DNA from: an uncultured Verrucomicrobiaceae bacterium
Lineage (GTDB): Bacteria; Pseudomonadota; Gammaproteobacteria; Pseudomonadales; CAMLJR01
DNA: 64,000 nt
NCBI GenBank assembly: GCA_964515735.1
Contig: CAZEVP010000003.1
Coordinates: 18,731-82,730, forward strand
Direction: 5' to 3'
Positions 7,899 through 17,911 of this stretch are shown one piece after another; the first letter of the stretch is position 1; each line of letters opens with the position of its first letter. The notes beneath the pieces were generated by a model. That model searched no databases. It saw only the letters and a list, made by a program, of their open reading frames with translations, and had not been told where the DNA came from. The translations under genes and the position numbers were made by a program.

Positions 7899-8474
7899 TC
7901 ACCGCCCTCGCGGCGGCTGCGACGGCGCGAACGCCGGCAGGAAGATTTCGCCGACGATCAGCGGGCGGTCGCCGAGCTCGAAACGCGAGCGCCGGCCCCA
8001 CAACGCACCGTCGCCGGCAAGACGCGGCGGCAGCGTGCGGGCATCGATGCAGGTGAGCTGGAACGGTGTGCGCTGCAAGCCGCGCTGGCGGAACAGCAGC
8101 GAGCCGAGCGAGCTGTTCTGCAGCCGGCGCAGCCGGTAGAGGTCGCCGGTCAGCGTGCGCACCGGCAGCACCGAGCGCGCGTAGACCCACGGCTCGCCCC
8201 GCCCCCACAGAATCACTTCGCGCACCAGCGCCCACTCGCCATGGCCGAGGCCGAGCAGCAGCCGCTCGTCGAGGCGTGGTCGTCGCCAGCTCTGGCTCAG
8301 CCGCTCCACGCGGAAATCGCCGCCGGCCAGCTGCGTCAGCTGGCGCGTCAGCGAGCCGGGGTCGAGCAGCCACGGCCGCAGCGCGCGCGGTATCTGCGTC
8401 GTGCGAAAGCGGCGCCAGTGGTGCCAGCGCACGGGGCGGCTGAGGGAATCGGAGACGGGCAAGGCTCTCGTCAC
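7899..8474 (-). CDS. ubiC: Chorismate pyruvate-lyase
   Basis: C-terminal part of a long ORF: WLLDPGSLTRQLTQL…FRVERLSQSW…REVILWGRGEPWVYARSVLP…LGSLLF is the UbiC pattern. GTG start proposed at 8474; the start is uncertain. Confidence 0.75.
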   Translation of the reverse strand: MTRALPVSDSLSRPVRWHHWRRFRTTQIPRALRPWLLDPGSLTRQLTQLAGGDFRVERLSQSWRRPRLDERLLLGLGHGEWALVREVILWGRGEPWVYARSVLPVRTLTGDLYRLRRLQNSSLGSLLFRQRGLQRTPFQLTCIDARTLPPRLAGDGALWGRRSRFELGDRPLIVGEIFLPAFAPSQPPRGR

Positions 8475-8633
8475 GGTGGCGGTAAGGCGGCCGGCGAGGA
8501 TGCGCGAATCGGCGTGCCGTCGCAAGGCGCCGCCTTTGACCGGCCCCCCGCGGCGCGGGTTAAATGGCGTATTCCACCGGCGGCACCCGGGCCGTCTGCT
8601 GTGTGGCGCAGTGACGCGCCAGGGAGAGAAAAG

Positions 8634-8906
8634 ATGCGCAACCGTGAACTCGTCGCGTTCATCGCCGACCGCGCCGATCTGCCACTGGCCGATGCCGAGC
8701 GCGCGCTGACGGCGATCTTTCGCGAGATCGGCGCAGCGCTGGCGCATGGCGACAGTGTCAGCCTGGTCGGCTTCGGCACATTCGAGCGGCGCCGGCGCGG
8801 CGCGCGCAGCGGCAAGAATCCACGGACCGGCGCGCCTGTCGAGATCGCGGCGTCGGGCAGCGTCGGCTTCCGACCCGGCAAGCCGTTGCGCGACCTGCTG
8901 AACTGA
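8634..8906 (+). CDS. HU-family nucleoid-associated DNA-binding protein
   Basis: MRNRELVAFIADRADL…VSLVGFGTFERRRRGARSGKNPRTGAPVEIAASGSVGFRPGKPLRD, 90 aa. AGGGAGAG Shine-Dalgarno upstream. Confidence 0.9.
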   Translation: MRNRELVAFIADRADLPLADAERALTAIFREIGAALAHGDSVSLVGFGTFERRRRGARSGKNPRTGAPVEIAASGSVGFRPGKPLRDLLN

Positions 8907-8948
8907 CGCCTCCGGCCCGATCCACCCAACCACCGCAGCGGGAACGCA

Positions 8949-10244
8949 ATGGAAGACGAGAAGAAGAAAAAGGGCAGGCTCGCGCTGCACTGGCAGATCC
9001 TGATCGCCATCGTGCTCGGCATGATCGCCGGCTGGCTCAGCGGCCCCGACGGCCACATCGGCCCGCTGGCGCTGGTGCCGATCTTCGAGACCATCGGCAC
9101 GCTGTTCCTGAATGCGCTGAAGATGCTGATCGTGCCGCTGGTGACGTCGGCGCTGATCAGCGGCATCTCCACGATGGGGCGCGGCGCCAACATCGGCCGC
9201 ATGGGGATGAAGGCGGTGGTCTACTACCTGTCGACCAGCGTGCTGGCGATTCTGGTCGGGCTGCTGATGGTCAACCTGATCGCGCCCGGCATCGTCGACG
9301 GCCGCCCCGCCGGCGAGCTGCTGAACCTGCGCCACGACGAAGCCACCGACGCGGCGCTGGCGCAGGTGCAGAACCGCACCGATACCAGCGTCTCCGCCAT
9401 CCTGCTGCAGCTGTTTCCCCCCAACGTCATCGCCGCCGCCGCGGACGGCCAGCTGATCGGGCTGATCATTTTCTCGCTGCTGTTCGGCTACTGCATGATG
9501 CGCATCGAGGATCAGAAGGCGCAGGTGCTGCGCGACTTCTGGCAGGGGCTGTTCGAGACGATGATGTCGGTGACGATGGTGGTCATGCGCATGGCGCCCT
9601 ATGGCGTGTTCGCGCTGATCGCCAAGACCATCGCCACCTCCGGCTTCGCCGCGATCGGGCCGCTGTCGGTCTTCTTCGCCACCGTCGTCCTGGCGCTCGC
9701 CCTCCATGTGTTCGTGACGCTGCCGCTGCTGCTCTTCTTCATCGGCCGGGTCAGGCCATACCGGCATTTCCACGCGATGGCGCCGGCGCTGCTGACCGCC
9801 TTCTCCACCGCCAGCAGCGCCGCCACGCTGCCGCTGTCGATGCGCTGCCTGGAGCAGAACTCGGGCGTCTCCAGCCGCACCGTCGGCTTCGTCATCCCGC
9901 TCGGTTCCACCATCAATATGGATGGCACCGCACTGTACGAGTGCGTGGCGGCGATCTTCATCGCGCAGATCTACGGCCTCGACCTGACCTTCACGCAGCA
10001 GTTCCTGATCGTGTTCCTGGCGCTGCTGACCTCGACCGGCATGGCCGGCATCCCGTCGGCGAGCCTGGTCGCCATCAGCGTCATCCTCGGCGCCATCGGC
10101 CTGCCGCTGGAGGCGATCGGCCTGCTGCTGGTGACCGACCGCCTGCTCGACATGATGCGCACGGCGGCCAATGTCTTCAGCGACTCCTGCGGCGCCGTGG
10201 TGGTGGCGCGCAGCGAGGGTGAGTCGACGGCGATCGATCGATGA
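8949..10244 (+). CDS. Dicarboxylate/amino acid:cation symporter (DAACS, GltP/DctA-like)
   Basis: Multi-pass membrane protein with [25 protein letters not shown] and SAGIP-like [11 protein letters not shown] motifs. Confidence 0.9.
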   Translation: MEDEKKKKGRLALHWQILIAIVLGMIAGWLSGPDGHIGPLALVPIFETIGTLFLNALKMLIVPLVTSALISGISTMGRGANIGRMGMKAVVYYLSTSVLAILVGLLMVNLIAPGIVDGRPAGELLNLRHDEATDAALAQVQNRTDTSVSAILLQLFPPNVIAAAADGQLIGLIIFSLLFGYCMMRIEDQKAQVLRDFWQGLFETMMSVTMVVMRMAPYGVFALIAKTIATSGFAAIGPLSVFFATVVLALALHVFVTLPLLLFFIGRVRPYRHFHAMAPALLTAFSTASSAATLPLSMRCLEQNSGVSSRTVGFVIPLGSTINMDGTALYECVAAIFIAQIYGLDLTFTQQFLIVFLALLTSTGMAGIPSASLVAISVILGAIGLPLEAIGLLLVTDRLLDMMRTAANVFSDSCGAVVVARSEGESTAIDR

Positions 10245-10981
10245 CATCGGCACTCAGACCACTGCTGCTGACGCTGCTGTGCGCGCTGGCGCTGCCGGTG
10301 CGCGCCGCCGACCCGCTGGTGCAGACGCGCCAGCTGCTGGAGTGGAGCGGCGCGCTGGCGCTGCTGGAACAGGTGCGGCCGCTGGCGCAACGCATTCTGG
10401 AGGACGAACTGGCGCAGCGGCCGCAGCCGCTCGATGCGCAGCGGCGGCGCGAGCTGCTGCAGCGCTTCGACGCGAAGCCGCTGCAGCAGGCGCTGGTCGA
10501 GCGCATCGCCGCGCAGCTGCCGGCGGAGCGGCTGGCGCAGACCCGGGAGCTGCTGTCGCAACCGCTGCCGAAACGGGTGCGCTTCTTCGAGCGGGCGCTG
10601 ACGCAATCCGGTGTCGAGCGCGAATGGCAGCAGTGGCGTGAACAGACGCCGGCCCCGACGCCGGAACGACTGGCGCTGCTGCGCGCGATCGACACGGCGG
10701 CGCGCGACAGCCGGCTGGCGGCGCAGTTGCAGACGGCGATCGAGCGCGCCGTGCGCCAGCGGCTCGGGCGGGCCGACGACGGCCTGCGGGCCGAGGCGGT
10801 GGCCGAACGCGAGCGCCACCTGCAGCCGTTCACCGAACAGTATCTGCTCTACGCCTACCGCTATCTGCGCGACGACGAATTACAGCAATACGCGCAGCTG
10901 CTGCGGGACGACGCGCTGCAGCAGTTGTTCGACGCGGTGGCGGAGGGAATCGAGGCCATCGGGCGAGAGCCGGCCCCGTAG
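10241..10981 (+). CDS. Secreted helical protein of unknown function (DUF2059-like C-terminus)
   Basis: Signal peptide [21 protein letters not shown] overlap with the upstream transporter gene. Arg/Leu/Gln-rich helical repeats. Confidence 0.55.
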   Translation: MTSALRPLLLTLLCALALPVRAADPLVQTRQLLEWSGALALLEQVRPLAQRILEDELAQRPQPLDAQRRRELLQRFDAKPLQQALVERIAAQLPAERLAQTRELLSQPLPKRVRFFERALTQSGVEREWQQWREQTPAPTPERLALLRAIDTAARDSRLAAQLQTAIERAVRQRLGRADDGLRAEAVAERERHLQPFTEQYLLYAYRYLRDDELQQYAQLLRDDALQQLFDAVAEGIEAIGREPAP

Positions 10982-10987
10982 TACAAG

Positions 10988-11012
10988 TCCTCCCCTATGC
11001 AATAGGGGAGGA
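10988..11012. terminator. Perfect 11-bp stem hairpin between convergent genes
   Basis: TCCTCCCCTAT-GCA-ATAGGGGAGGA sits between the stop at 10981 (+) and the stop at 11037 (-). It shares its CTCCCCT/AGGGGAG core and a nearby CCTGCGAAGT with the hairpin at 17877. Confidence 0.5.
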
Positions 11013-11036
11013 TCGTGAGCCTGCGAAGTCCAGCGG

Positions 11037-12413
11037 TCAGGCCGCGAGATTGGCGGCGATGACGTCGATCTCGGCGCTGGCCTCGACCACCTGCTGAATC
11101 GCCGCCATCGCGGCGGCCGGGTCGAGGTGCAGACGTTCGTAGAGCGCTTCCGGAATCGGCTCCGGCGGCGTGCCGCCGATGCCGTGCAGCCGCAGCAGCC
11201 GCACCGCGATGTAGGTCAGGTTGGCGAAGCGGTGACCGGGACCGTCGTAGTCGACGTCGCTCTGGTGGCGCAGCGCGAATACCACCTCTTCCGGCAGCCC
11301 CCACAACCGCAGCAGCCAGCTCGCCATCTGGTCGCGGTCGACGCCGAGCAGGAAGCGTTCGATCAGCGTGTAGTTCAGGTGCAGGTTGGCTTCCTGCAGG
11401 CGGCAGTAGCTGGCGAAGTGCGGCGGAAACACCTCGGCCAGCAGCAGGAAGCCGAAGTTGTGCATCAGCCCCGACAGGTAGGCGAGCCCGATCGTCGGCC
11501 GCTGCCGCGACGGAATGCAGCCGACCAGCGACTCCACCGCCGTCGCCGCGTAGATCGCCTGTTTCCAGTACGGCGTGAAGCCGCGCGGCGCATCCTTCGG
11601 CAGGCTCAGCGTTCTGCCGAGCGCAAGCCCGAGCGCCAGGTTCATCACCAGATCGAAACCGAGCACGCGCACGACAGCGTCGTGCACCGACTGAATTTTT
11701 CCGGGTGCGGCGTAGTACGGCGAGCCGGCCCAGCTGACCACCTGCGCCGCCAGCGCCGGATCCATCTCGACGATGTTGGTCAGGTCGCGGATGTCGGCAT
11801 ACGGGTCGACACGCAGTTTCAGGATGCGCTGCGCGGTGTCCGGCAGCGGCGGCAGTTCGAGCGTCTCTTCGAGGCGCTGGCGGATGCGCAGCTGGGTGAA
11901 GCTGGCCACCGCGCGGGTGATGTCGACGACGTCATCGACATCGGCCAGCGCCGGCCGCCGCAGCTCGGCGACCGGCCGCGTGAAATCGGCGACGGTGGCG
12001 CTGGCCAGCGCGCGCCGGAACTGCTCGCCAGAGAGCTGCACCAGCCGCTGTTCGTCGCCGCTGGTCACCGCCAGCGCCGGCCGCTCCAGCAGCCGGCTGT
12101 CGACGATCGACGGCACGCCGAGCGCGGCCGGCACCGCCGGCAGCTGCTGCATGTGGTGCTGGGCGCACAGCCTGTCGCGCTCGGCCGGCGCCACCGCGCG
12201 CCAGTCGCGACCGGTCAGCCGGTTCAGCGCATCCAGATCGAGCAGCGAGTCGGCGGCGTGGATCACCTGCAGGCGCGCGCTGCCACCGTCGCACAGCAGC
12301 GCCGACAGCACGTCGCCCGCGTGCGGCCCGACACTGCCGGGCGCGGGGTCGAGCACCTGATAGTCGATGTTCTGGTCGCGCAGGATCTGGTCGACGACGG
12401 CGGGGATGGTCAT
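11037..12413 (-). CDS. HDOD-domain signalling protein with extra N-terminal domain
   Basis: LPPLPDTAQRILKLRVDPYADIRDLTNIVEMDPALAAQVVSWAGSPYY is the HDOD signature. About 190 aa precede it. Start taken at ATG 12413 (MTIPAVV). Confidence 0.8.
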   Translation of the reverse strand: MTIPAVVDQILRDQNIDYQVLDPAPGSVGPHAGDVLSALLCDGGSARLQVIHAADSLLDLDALNRLTGRDWRAVAPAERDRLCAQHHMQQLPAVPAALGVPSIVDSRLLERPALAVTSGDEQRLVQLSGEQFRRALASATVADFTRPVAELRRPALADVDDVVDITRAVASFTQLRIRQRLEETLELPPLPDTAQRILKLRVDPYADIRDLTNIVEMDPALAAQVVSWAGSPYYAAPGKIQSVHDAVVRVLGFDLVMNLALGLALGRTLSLPKDAPRGFTPYWKQAIYAATAVESLVGCIPSRQRPTIGLAYLSGLMHNFGFLLLAEVFPPHFASYCRLQEANLHLNYTLIERFLLGVDRDQMASWLLRLWGLPEEVVFALRHQSDVDYDGPGHRFANLTYIAVRLLRLHGIGGTPPEPIPEALYERLHLDPAAAMAAIQQVVEASAEIDVIAANLAA

Positions 12414-12593
12414 ACGGCTCTCTTGATTCCGGGCGGGATGTGCCAACGCGATGGCGGGCGACAGCGAAGACGACTGACGTTGGAGACAACTATAGAAGGC
12501 TCACCGGCGTCGGCCAGCGCAAGCCGGCAGTGGAACCCGTTGCGCGATGCAAATGCGAACTGTGTCAGGCTTTTACAGATCGTGAACCGGCGC

Positions 12594-14702
12594 TCAGACG
12601 CGCGCGAAGCGCTCGCGATCGGGCAGCCAGCGCGCGATCAGCGCATCGCGTGCCGCCCGCCGCGCCGGCGTCTGGAACAGCGCCGCCGCCTCGCGTACCG
12701 CCGGCAGCAGGTCGGCGTCGCGCTGCAGGTCGGCGATGCGCAGCGTCAGCAGGCCGGTCTGGCGCGTGCCGAGCACCTCACCGGGGCCGCGCAGTTCCAG
12801 ATCCTTCTCGGCGATGACGAAGCCGTCGTTCGAATCGCGCAGCACCTGCAGCCGGGCGCGGCCGTTGCGCGACAGCGGCGTCTGGTACAGCAGCACGCAG
12901 AAGCTCTCGGTGGAGCCGCGCCCGACGCGGCCGCGCAGCTGGTGCAGCTGGGCGAGACCGAGCCGCTCCGGGTTCTCGATCACCATCAGACTGGCATTCG
13001 GCACGTCGACGCCGACCTCGATCACCGTCGTCGCCACCAGCAATTGCAACTCGCCAGCCTTGAACGCCGCCATCGTCGCCGCCTTGTCGGCCGGCTTCAT
13101 ACGGCCGTGCAGCAGGCCGACGCGCAGCCCCGGCAGCGCGGCGGTCAGGTCCTGCCAGGTCGCTTCGGCCGCCTGTGCCTCCAGCTGCTCGTTCTCCTCG
13201 ATCAGCGTGCAGACCCAGTAGGCCTGCCGCCCCTGCGCGCAGCTGGTGCGGATGCGCTCGACGATCTCGATGCGGCGCTCGCTGCCGACCACCAGCGTCT
13301 GTACCGGCTGCCGGCCCGGTGGCAGCTCGTCGATGATCGAGGTATCGAGATCGGCGTAGGCGCTCATCGCCAGCGTGCGCGGGATCGGCGTCGCCGTCAT
13401 GATCAGCTGGTGCGGCGCATACTGTTTCCGGTTCTGCCCCTTCTGTTGCAACGCGAGGCGCTGGTGCACGCCGAAGCGATGCTGCTCGTCGATGATGGCC
13501 AGCCCGAGCCGGGCGAATTCGACGTCATCCTGAAACAGCGCGTGGGTGCCGACGACGACCTGCGCGCTGCCATCGGCGATCGCCGCCAGCTGCGCCGCCC
13601 TCGCCTTTCCTTTCACCTTGCCCGACAGCCAGCCGACGGCGATGCCGAGCGGCGCCAGCCACTGCGAGAAGTTGTTGCGATGCTGCTCGGCCAGCAGCTC
13701 GGTCGGCGCCATCAGCGCCACCTGGTAGCCGCTCGCTACCGCGCGCAACGCCGCCAGCGCGGCGACCACGGTCTTGCCGGAGCCGACGTCGCCCTGCACC
13801 AGCCGCAGCATCGGCTTCGGCTGTTTCAGGTCGGCGGCGACCTCGGCGGCGACGCGCTGCTGCGCCGCCGTCAGCGCGAACGGCAGCTGGTCGAGGAAGC
13901 GGCGAATCAGCCCGTTCGGCCCGGTCAGCGCCGGCGCACCGTGCCGTTGCACCTGTTCGCGCAGCTTCTGCATCGACAGCTGCTGCGCCAGCAGCTCCTC
14001 GAACGCGAGCCGGCGCTGGTAGGGGTGAACGCCCTCGATCAGCGCCGCCTGCGGCGCGTCGGGCGGCGGCAGGTGCAGGTAGCGCAGCGCGGCGTCGAGG
14101 CGGATCGCACCGCCCGGTCGCAGCGCCGGCGGCAGCGCGTCGAGGTGGTCGATCAGGCTGTCGGGGCCGAGCTGCCGCAGTGCCTGCCCGCACAGCTTGC
14201 GCCAGCTCGCCTGCTGCAACCCCTCGCTGCTCGGGTAGACCGGCGTCAGCGTCTCGGCCACCGGCGCCGGCGCGTCGCCATCGAGGATGCGGTATTCGGG
14301 ATGGTAGAACTCGAGACCGGCGGCACCGCGCCGCGCCTCGCCGAACACGCGCAACCGCGTGCCGGCGGTCAGCTGCTTCTGCTGCGCGGCGGAGAAATGG
14401 AAGAAGCGCAGCGTGGTCGAGCCGCTGCCGTCCTGCACCCGCACGACGAGGCTGCGGCGGCGGCCGAAGACGATGTCGGCGAGCCGGACTTCCACCTCGA
14501 TGACGGCATCCTGCCCCGGCTGCAGCGCGCCGATCGGCGTGATGCGGGTGCGGTCGAGGTAGCGCAGCGGCAGGTGGAACAGCAGGTCCTGCACGCAGCG
14601 GATGCCGAGCGCGGCGAGCCGGCCAGCCAGCTGCGGACCGACGCCGCGCAGCTCGGTGACCGCTACGCGGTCGAGCGTGCGCGGATCGTTCGCGGTGCTC
14701 AA
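12594..14702 (-). CDS. recG: ATP-dependent DNA helicase RecG
   Basis: Wedge domain, Walker A GDVGSGKT, DEQHRFG, TATPIPRT, QLHQLRGRVGRG. TTG start proposed at 14702, 11 bp after the oxyR stop. No ATG is available in frame. Confidence 0.9.
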   Translation of the reverse strand: MSTANDPRTLDRVAVTELRGVGPQLAGRLAALGIRCVQDLLFHLPLRYLDRTRITPIGALQPGQDAVIEVEVRLADIVFGRRRSLVVRVQDGSGSTTLRFFHFSAAQQKQLTAGTRLRVFGEARRGAAGLEFYHPEYRILDGDAPAPVAETLTPVYPSSEGLQQASWRKLCGQALRQLGPDSLIDHLDALPPALRPGGAIRLDAALRYLHLPPPDAPQAALIEGVHPYQRRLAFEELLAQQLSMQKLREQVQRHGAPALTGPNGLIRRFLDQLPFALTAAQQRVAAEVAADLKQPKPMLRLVQGDVGSGKTVVAALAALRAVASGYQVALMAPTELLAEQHRNNFSQWLAPLGIAVGWLSGKVKGKARAAQLAAIADGSAQVVVGTHALFQDDVEFARLGLAIIDEQHRFGVHQRLALQQKGQNRKQYAPHQLIMTATPIPRTLAMSAYADLDTSIIDELPPGRQPVQTLVVGSERRIEIVERIRTSCAQGRQAYWVCTLIEENEQLEAQAAEATWQDLTAALPGLRVGLLHGRMKPADKAATMAAFKAGELQLLVATTVIEVGVDVPNASLMVIENPERLGLAQLHQLRGRVGRGSTESFCVLLYQTPLSRNGRARLQVLRDSNDGFVIAEKDLELRGPGEVLGTRQTGLLTLRIADLQRDADLLPAVREAAALFQTPARRAARDALIARWLPDRERFARV

Positions 14703-14712
14703 CGGGGATGGA

Positions 14713-15639
14713 TCAGGCAGCCTGGGCGATCGCCAGCGGACACTGCCGGATCGCCTGGCTGACGACGTCGATCGCCTTGTGACGCGGGTAGCTGGCGCGC
14801 CACGCCAGCGCCACGGTGCGGACCGGCTGCGGCTCGACGAACGGTCGCGCCACCAGCGCGCCATCGCCATAGGGCGCGATCTGCGCTGCCGACAGCGGCA
14901 GCACGGTGATGCCGAGGCCGGAGGCGACCATGTGCTTCAGCGTCTCCAGCGAATAGCCCTCGATCACCGACTGCCCCTGCGCGTCGTGCTGGCTGACCGA
15001 CTTCTTCAGCCCCGGGCAGGCAGCCAGCACCTGGTCGCGGAAGCAGTGGCCCTCGCCGAGCAGCATCACCGTCTCCCGCTCCAGCATCTTCGGCGTGATC
15101 GCGTCGCGCTTCGCCAGCGGGTGGCTGGCCGGCATGACGACGACGAACGGCTCCTCGTACAGCACCTGCGTCACCACGTCGGGCTCGTTGAACGGCAGCG
15201 CGACGACGATGGCGTCGAGCTCGCCGGAGCGCAGCTTCTCGCGCAGCACGGCGGTGTAGCTCTCCTCGATGTAGAGCGGCATCTGCGGCGCCAGCTTCTG
15301 CAGCCCCGGCACGAAGCACGGGAACAGATAGGGGCCGACCGTATAGATGGCGCCAATCGCCAGCCGCGCGCCGAGCGGGTCGCGGCCAATCTCGGCCAGC
15401 TCCTTGATCCGGTGCGCCTGCTCCAGCACAGTCTGCGCCTGCGCGACGATCTGCTGGCCGGTCGGCGTCGTGCGCACCTGATTGCGGGTGCGCTCGAACA
15501 GCGCGACGTTCAGCTCATCCTCCAGTTTCTTGATGGCGATCGACAGCGTCGGCTGGCTGACATGACAGCGTTCGGCCGCCTTGCCGAAGTGGCCGGTCTG
15601 GTGCAGCGCGACGATGTAGCGCAGTTCGGTCAGGGTCAT
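14713..15639 (-). CDS. oxyR: LysR-family peroxide sensor OxyR
   Basis: LysR HTH (FGKAAERCHVSQPTLSIAIKKLE) and redox-Cys context LLGEGHCFRDQVLAAC. The oxyR-recG tandem is a known arrangement. Confidence 0.85.
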   Translation of the reverse strand: MTLTELRYIVALHQTGHFGKAAERCHVSQPTLSIAIKKLEDELNVALFERTRNQVRTTPTGQQIVAQAQTVLEQAHRIKELAEIGRDPLGARLAIGAIYTVGPYLFPCFVPGLQKLAPQMPLYIEESYTAVLREKLRSGELDAIVVALPFNEPDVVTQVLYEEPFVVVMPASHPLAKRDAITPKMLERETVMLLGEGHCFRDQVLAACPGLKKSVSQHDAQGQSVIEGYSLETLKHMVASGLGITVLPLSAAQIAPYGDGALVARPFVEPQPVRTVALAWRASYPRHKAIDVVSQAIRQCPLAIAQAA

Positions 15640-15718
15640 ACCGTATCCCGCTCCGTTGGTGATTTAGTTTGGCTATTTATTTAACGCCGCTGTTTATCAG
15701 ACTCAATGAGGTGAATCA

Positions 15719-16564
15719 ATGACTGCGCCCTCTCTGCTGGTCATCGGCTGCGGCGATCTCGGTGGCGGCGTCGCCGAACTCGCCGCCGCGCGCGGCTGGC
15801 GCGTCTGCGGTGTGCGGCGAACCGGCACGGTACCGGCCGGCGTCGAGCGCCTCAGCGCCGATGTCACCGACCCCGCCACGCTGGCGCCACTGGCCGCGCT
15901 GCGCCCCGACTTCGCGCTGGTGGCGCTGACACCGGGCGGCTTCGACGATGACAGCTACCGCCGCACCTACGTCGACGGTCTGCGCAACCTGCTCGCCGTG
16001 CTCGACCGCGATGCGCTGCGCCACCTGCTGTGGGTATCGAGCACCGGCGTCTACCACCAGAACGATGGCGCGCTGGTCGACGAGCGCTCGCCGACCGAAC
16101 CGACCACCTTCTCCGGCCGCCGCCTGCTCGAGGCCGAACGGCTGCTGCGCGACGCCGGGCTGCCGCACAGCTGCATCCGCTTCGGCGGCATCTACGGCCC
16201 CGGCCGCGACCGGCTGCTGCGCCAGCTGCGCGACGGCCGCCGCACCCGCGCCGAACCGGTGCGCTACAGCAACCGCATCCACCGCGACGACTGCGTCGGC
16301 GCGCTCGACTTCCTGCTGCGGCGCGCCGCCGACGGCCGCGCGCTCGATCCGCTCTACGTCGGCGTCGACACCGAGCCGGCGCCGGTCGCGCTGGTCGAGC
16401 GCTGGTTCGCCGCCCGTCTCGGCATCGACTACGACACGCTCGCCGACAGCGACGGCGAACTGCGCGGTGGCGGCCGGCGCTGCTCCAGCGCGCGGCTGCA
16501 GGCGCTCGGCTACCGCTTCCACTACCCGAGCTACCGCGAAGGGCTGCCGACGCTGATCGTTTGA
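15719..16564 (+). CDS. NAD(P)-binding epimerase/SDR-like oxidoreductase
   Basis: N-terminal LLVIGCGDLGGGVA Rossmann motif. STGVY…IYGPGR pattern of atypical SDRs. Confidence 0.75.
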   Translation: MTAPSLLVIGCGDLGGGVAELAAARGWRVCGVRRTGTVPAGVERLSADVTDPATLAPLAALRPDFALVALTPGGFDDDSYRRTYVDGLRNLLAVLDRDALRHLLWVSSTGVYHQNDGALVDERSPTEPTTFSGRRLLEAERLLRDAGLPHSCIRFGGIYGPGRDRLLRQLRDGRRTRAEPVRYSNRIHRDDCVGALDFLLRRAADGRALDPLYVGVDTEPAPVALVERWFAARLGIDYDTLADSDGELRGGGRRCSSARLQALGYRFHYPSYREGLPTLIV

Positions 16565-16674
16565 TCCAGTCGTGGCCGACGGCTCGCCGCGCTTGCCGGC
16601 GTCGCGGGGCGCGCGAATAATGGCCCGGCTCCCATTCTTCGATCACACACGTCTCCGACCACGTCCGAAAAGGA

Positions 16675-17499
16675 ATGCCGCCGATGCGCGCCCTGCTCCG
16701 TCTCCTCTCCCCGCTGCTGCTGCTCGCCGCCCTCGTTCCCGGCACCGCCGTCGCCGCCGGCGCATCGCCGCGCAGCTTCGACCAGATCGTCGCCGCCAGG
16801 ACGCTGCGGGTCGGCGTCAACCTGATGGTGCCGTACGCGATGCAGGGCAAGGAGGGCAAGCTGGTCGGCTCCGAGATCGACATCGCGCAGCGGCTGGCCA
16901 AGGATCTCGGCGTCGCGGCCGACATCAGGACCTACGAGTGGGAACAGCTGGTGCCGGCGCTGCAGAAGGGCGAGATCGACATCATCGTCTCCGGCCTGTC
17001 GATCACGCCGGCGCGCGCGCTGCAGGTCTGGTTCTCGAAGCCGTACGCCCGCTCCGGCATCGGCATCGCCACCAACACCGCGCTGACCAGCGCGTTCGAC
17101 AGCCTCGACGATCTCGACGATGCCAAGGTGGCGATCGGCGTCATCGGCGACACCGTCTCCGAACAGGTGGCGCGCGAGCTGTTCGAGAAGGCCAGCGTCA
17201 AGAAATTCAGCGACGAAAAGCAGCTCGAAGAGGCGCTGGTCAAGGGGCTGCTGCACGCCTACGTCCGCGCCGAGCCGGCACCGCGCTTCCTCGCGCTGCG
17301 CAACCCGAAAACGGTCGACGTACCGATCAGCAAACCGCTGCTCGAAACGCGCGAAGCGTTCGCCGTGCGCCGTGGTGACACCGGCTTCATCAACTTCCTG
17401 AACGCCTGGATCGAGGCGCGCGAAGCCGACGTCTGGCTCACCAGCACCCACCAGTACTGGTTCGAGGGGCTGAGCTGGCAGGATCGGGTGGCGCCATGA
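16675..17499 (+). CDS. Periplasmic solute-binding protein, family 3 (amino-acid ABC type)
   Basis: Signal peptide, then LRVGVN…GSEIDIAQRLAKDLGV…WEQLVPALQKGEIDIIVSGLSITPAR. Confidence 0.85.
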   Translation: MPPMRALLRLLSPLLLLAALVPGTAVAAGASPRSFDQIVAARTLRVGVNLMVPYAMQGKEGKLVGSEIDIAQRLAKDLGVAADIRTYEWEQLVPALQKGEIDIIVSGLSITPARALQVWFSKPYARSGIGIATNTALTSAFDSLDDLDDAKVAIGVIGDTVSEQVARELFEKASVKKFSDEKQLEEALVKGLLHAYVRAEPAPRFLALRNPKTVDVPISKPLLETREAFAVRRGDTGFINFLNAWIEAREADVWLTSTHQYWFEGLSWQDRVAP

Positions 17500-17864
17500 G
17501 GACGGCGGTCATCCAGATGCCGGCGCCGCTGCTGTCGCGCGTACTGCTGCTGGCCGCCGCGTTGCTGCTGGCGGTGGCGGCCGTCGCGCAGAACAAGGCG
17601 CTGTCGCGCGAGCCGGAGCTCCTCAGCGAAAAGGAGTACCCGGTGCAGCTCGAAGAGGTGGTGGTGCGGGCGCAGCAGCCGAAGTGGCGCGAGAAGGCAG
17701 CCCCCGACTGGGAGCGGCCGAAGTTCGAGCTCAAGACCGATACCCAACCGCCGCGACTGCAGCTCGCGCCGAAATACGAACGCGATGAACGCGACGACTA
17801 CATGGACGTGCGCGACCGCATGAACGCCGAGCCGCGCCTCAAGCTGTTCGAGTTCAAGTTCTGA
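17496..17864 (+). CDS. Small secreted hypothetical protein
   Basis: ATGA overlap with the upstream gene. Signal peptide LLLAAALLLAVAAVAQ. Charged C-terminal half. No recognised domain. Confidence 0.45.
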   Translation: MRTAVIQMPAPLLSRVLLLAAALLLAVAAVAQNKALSREPELLSEKEYPVQLEEVVVRAQQPKWREKAAPDWERPKFELKTDTQPPRLQLAPKYERDERDDYMDVRDRMNAEPRLKLFEFKF

Positions 17865-17876
17865 TGTCCCGCTCCG

Positions 17877-17905
17877 GGTTCTCCCCTGCGAAGTAGGGGA
17901 GGACC
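17877..17905. terminator. Hairpin between convergent genes, same family as 10988
   Basis: GGTT-CTCCCCT-GCGAAGT-AGGGGAG-GACC, between the stop at 17864 (+) and the ridA stop at 17912 (-). Confidence 0.5.
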
Positions 17906-17911
17906 GCTACC

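Noticed and set aside
8475-10253. N-terminal 590 codons of the 784-aa minus-strand ORF that ends as ubiC
   Set aside because: Only the last approximately 190 codons resemble chorismate lyase. The rest is antisense to the HU and DAACS transporter genes and is low-complexity. It was trimmed to a GTG at 8474.
11127-14762. 1211-aa ORF on the plus strand, opposite the HDOD gene and recG
   Set aside because: The product is Arg/Ala/Gln/Pro-rich and low-complexity with no motifs. It lies fully antisense to two well-supported genes. This is the typical stop-poor antisense frame of GC-rich DNA.
15640-15718. Possible OxyR box in the oxyR / SDR divergent spacer (GATTTAGTTTGGCTAT…)
   Set aside because: TAG and CTAT are spaced by 5 nt rather than the 7 nt of the ATAG-N7-CTAT consensus. 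No second half-site pair is seen, so there is not enough support.
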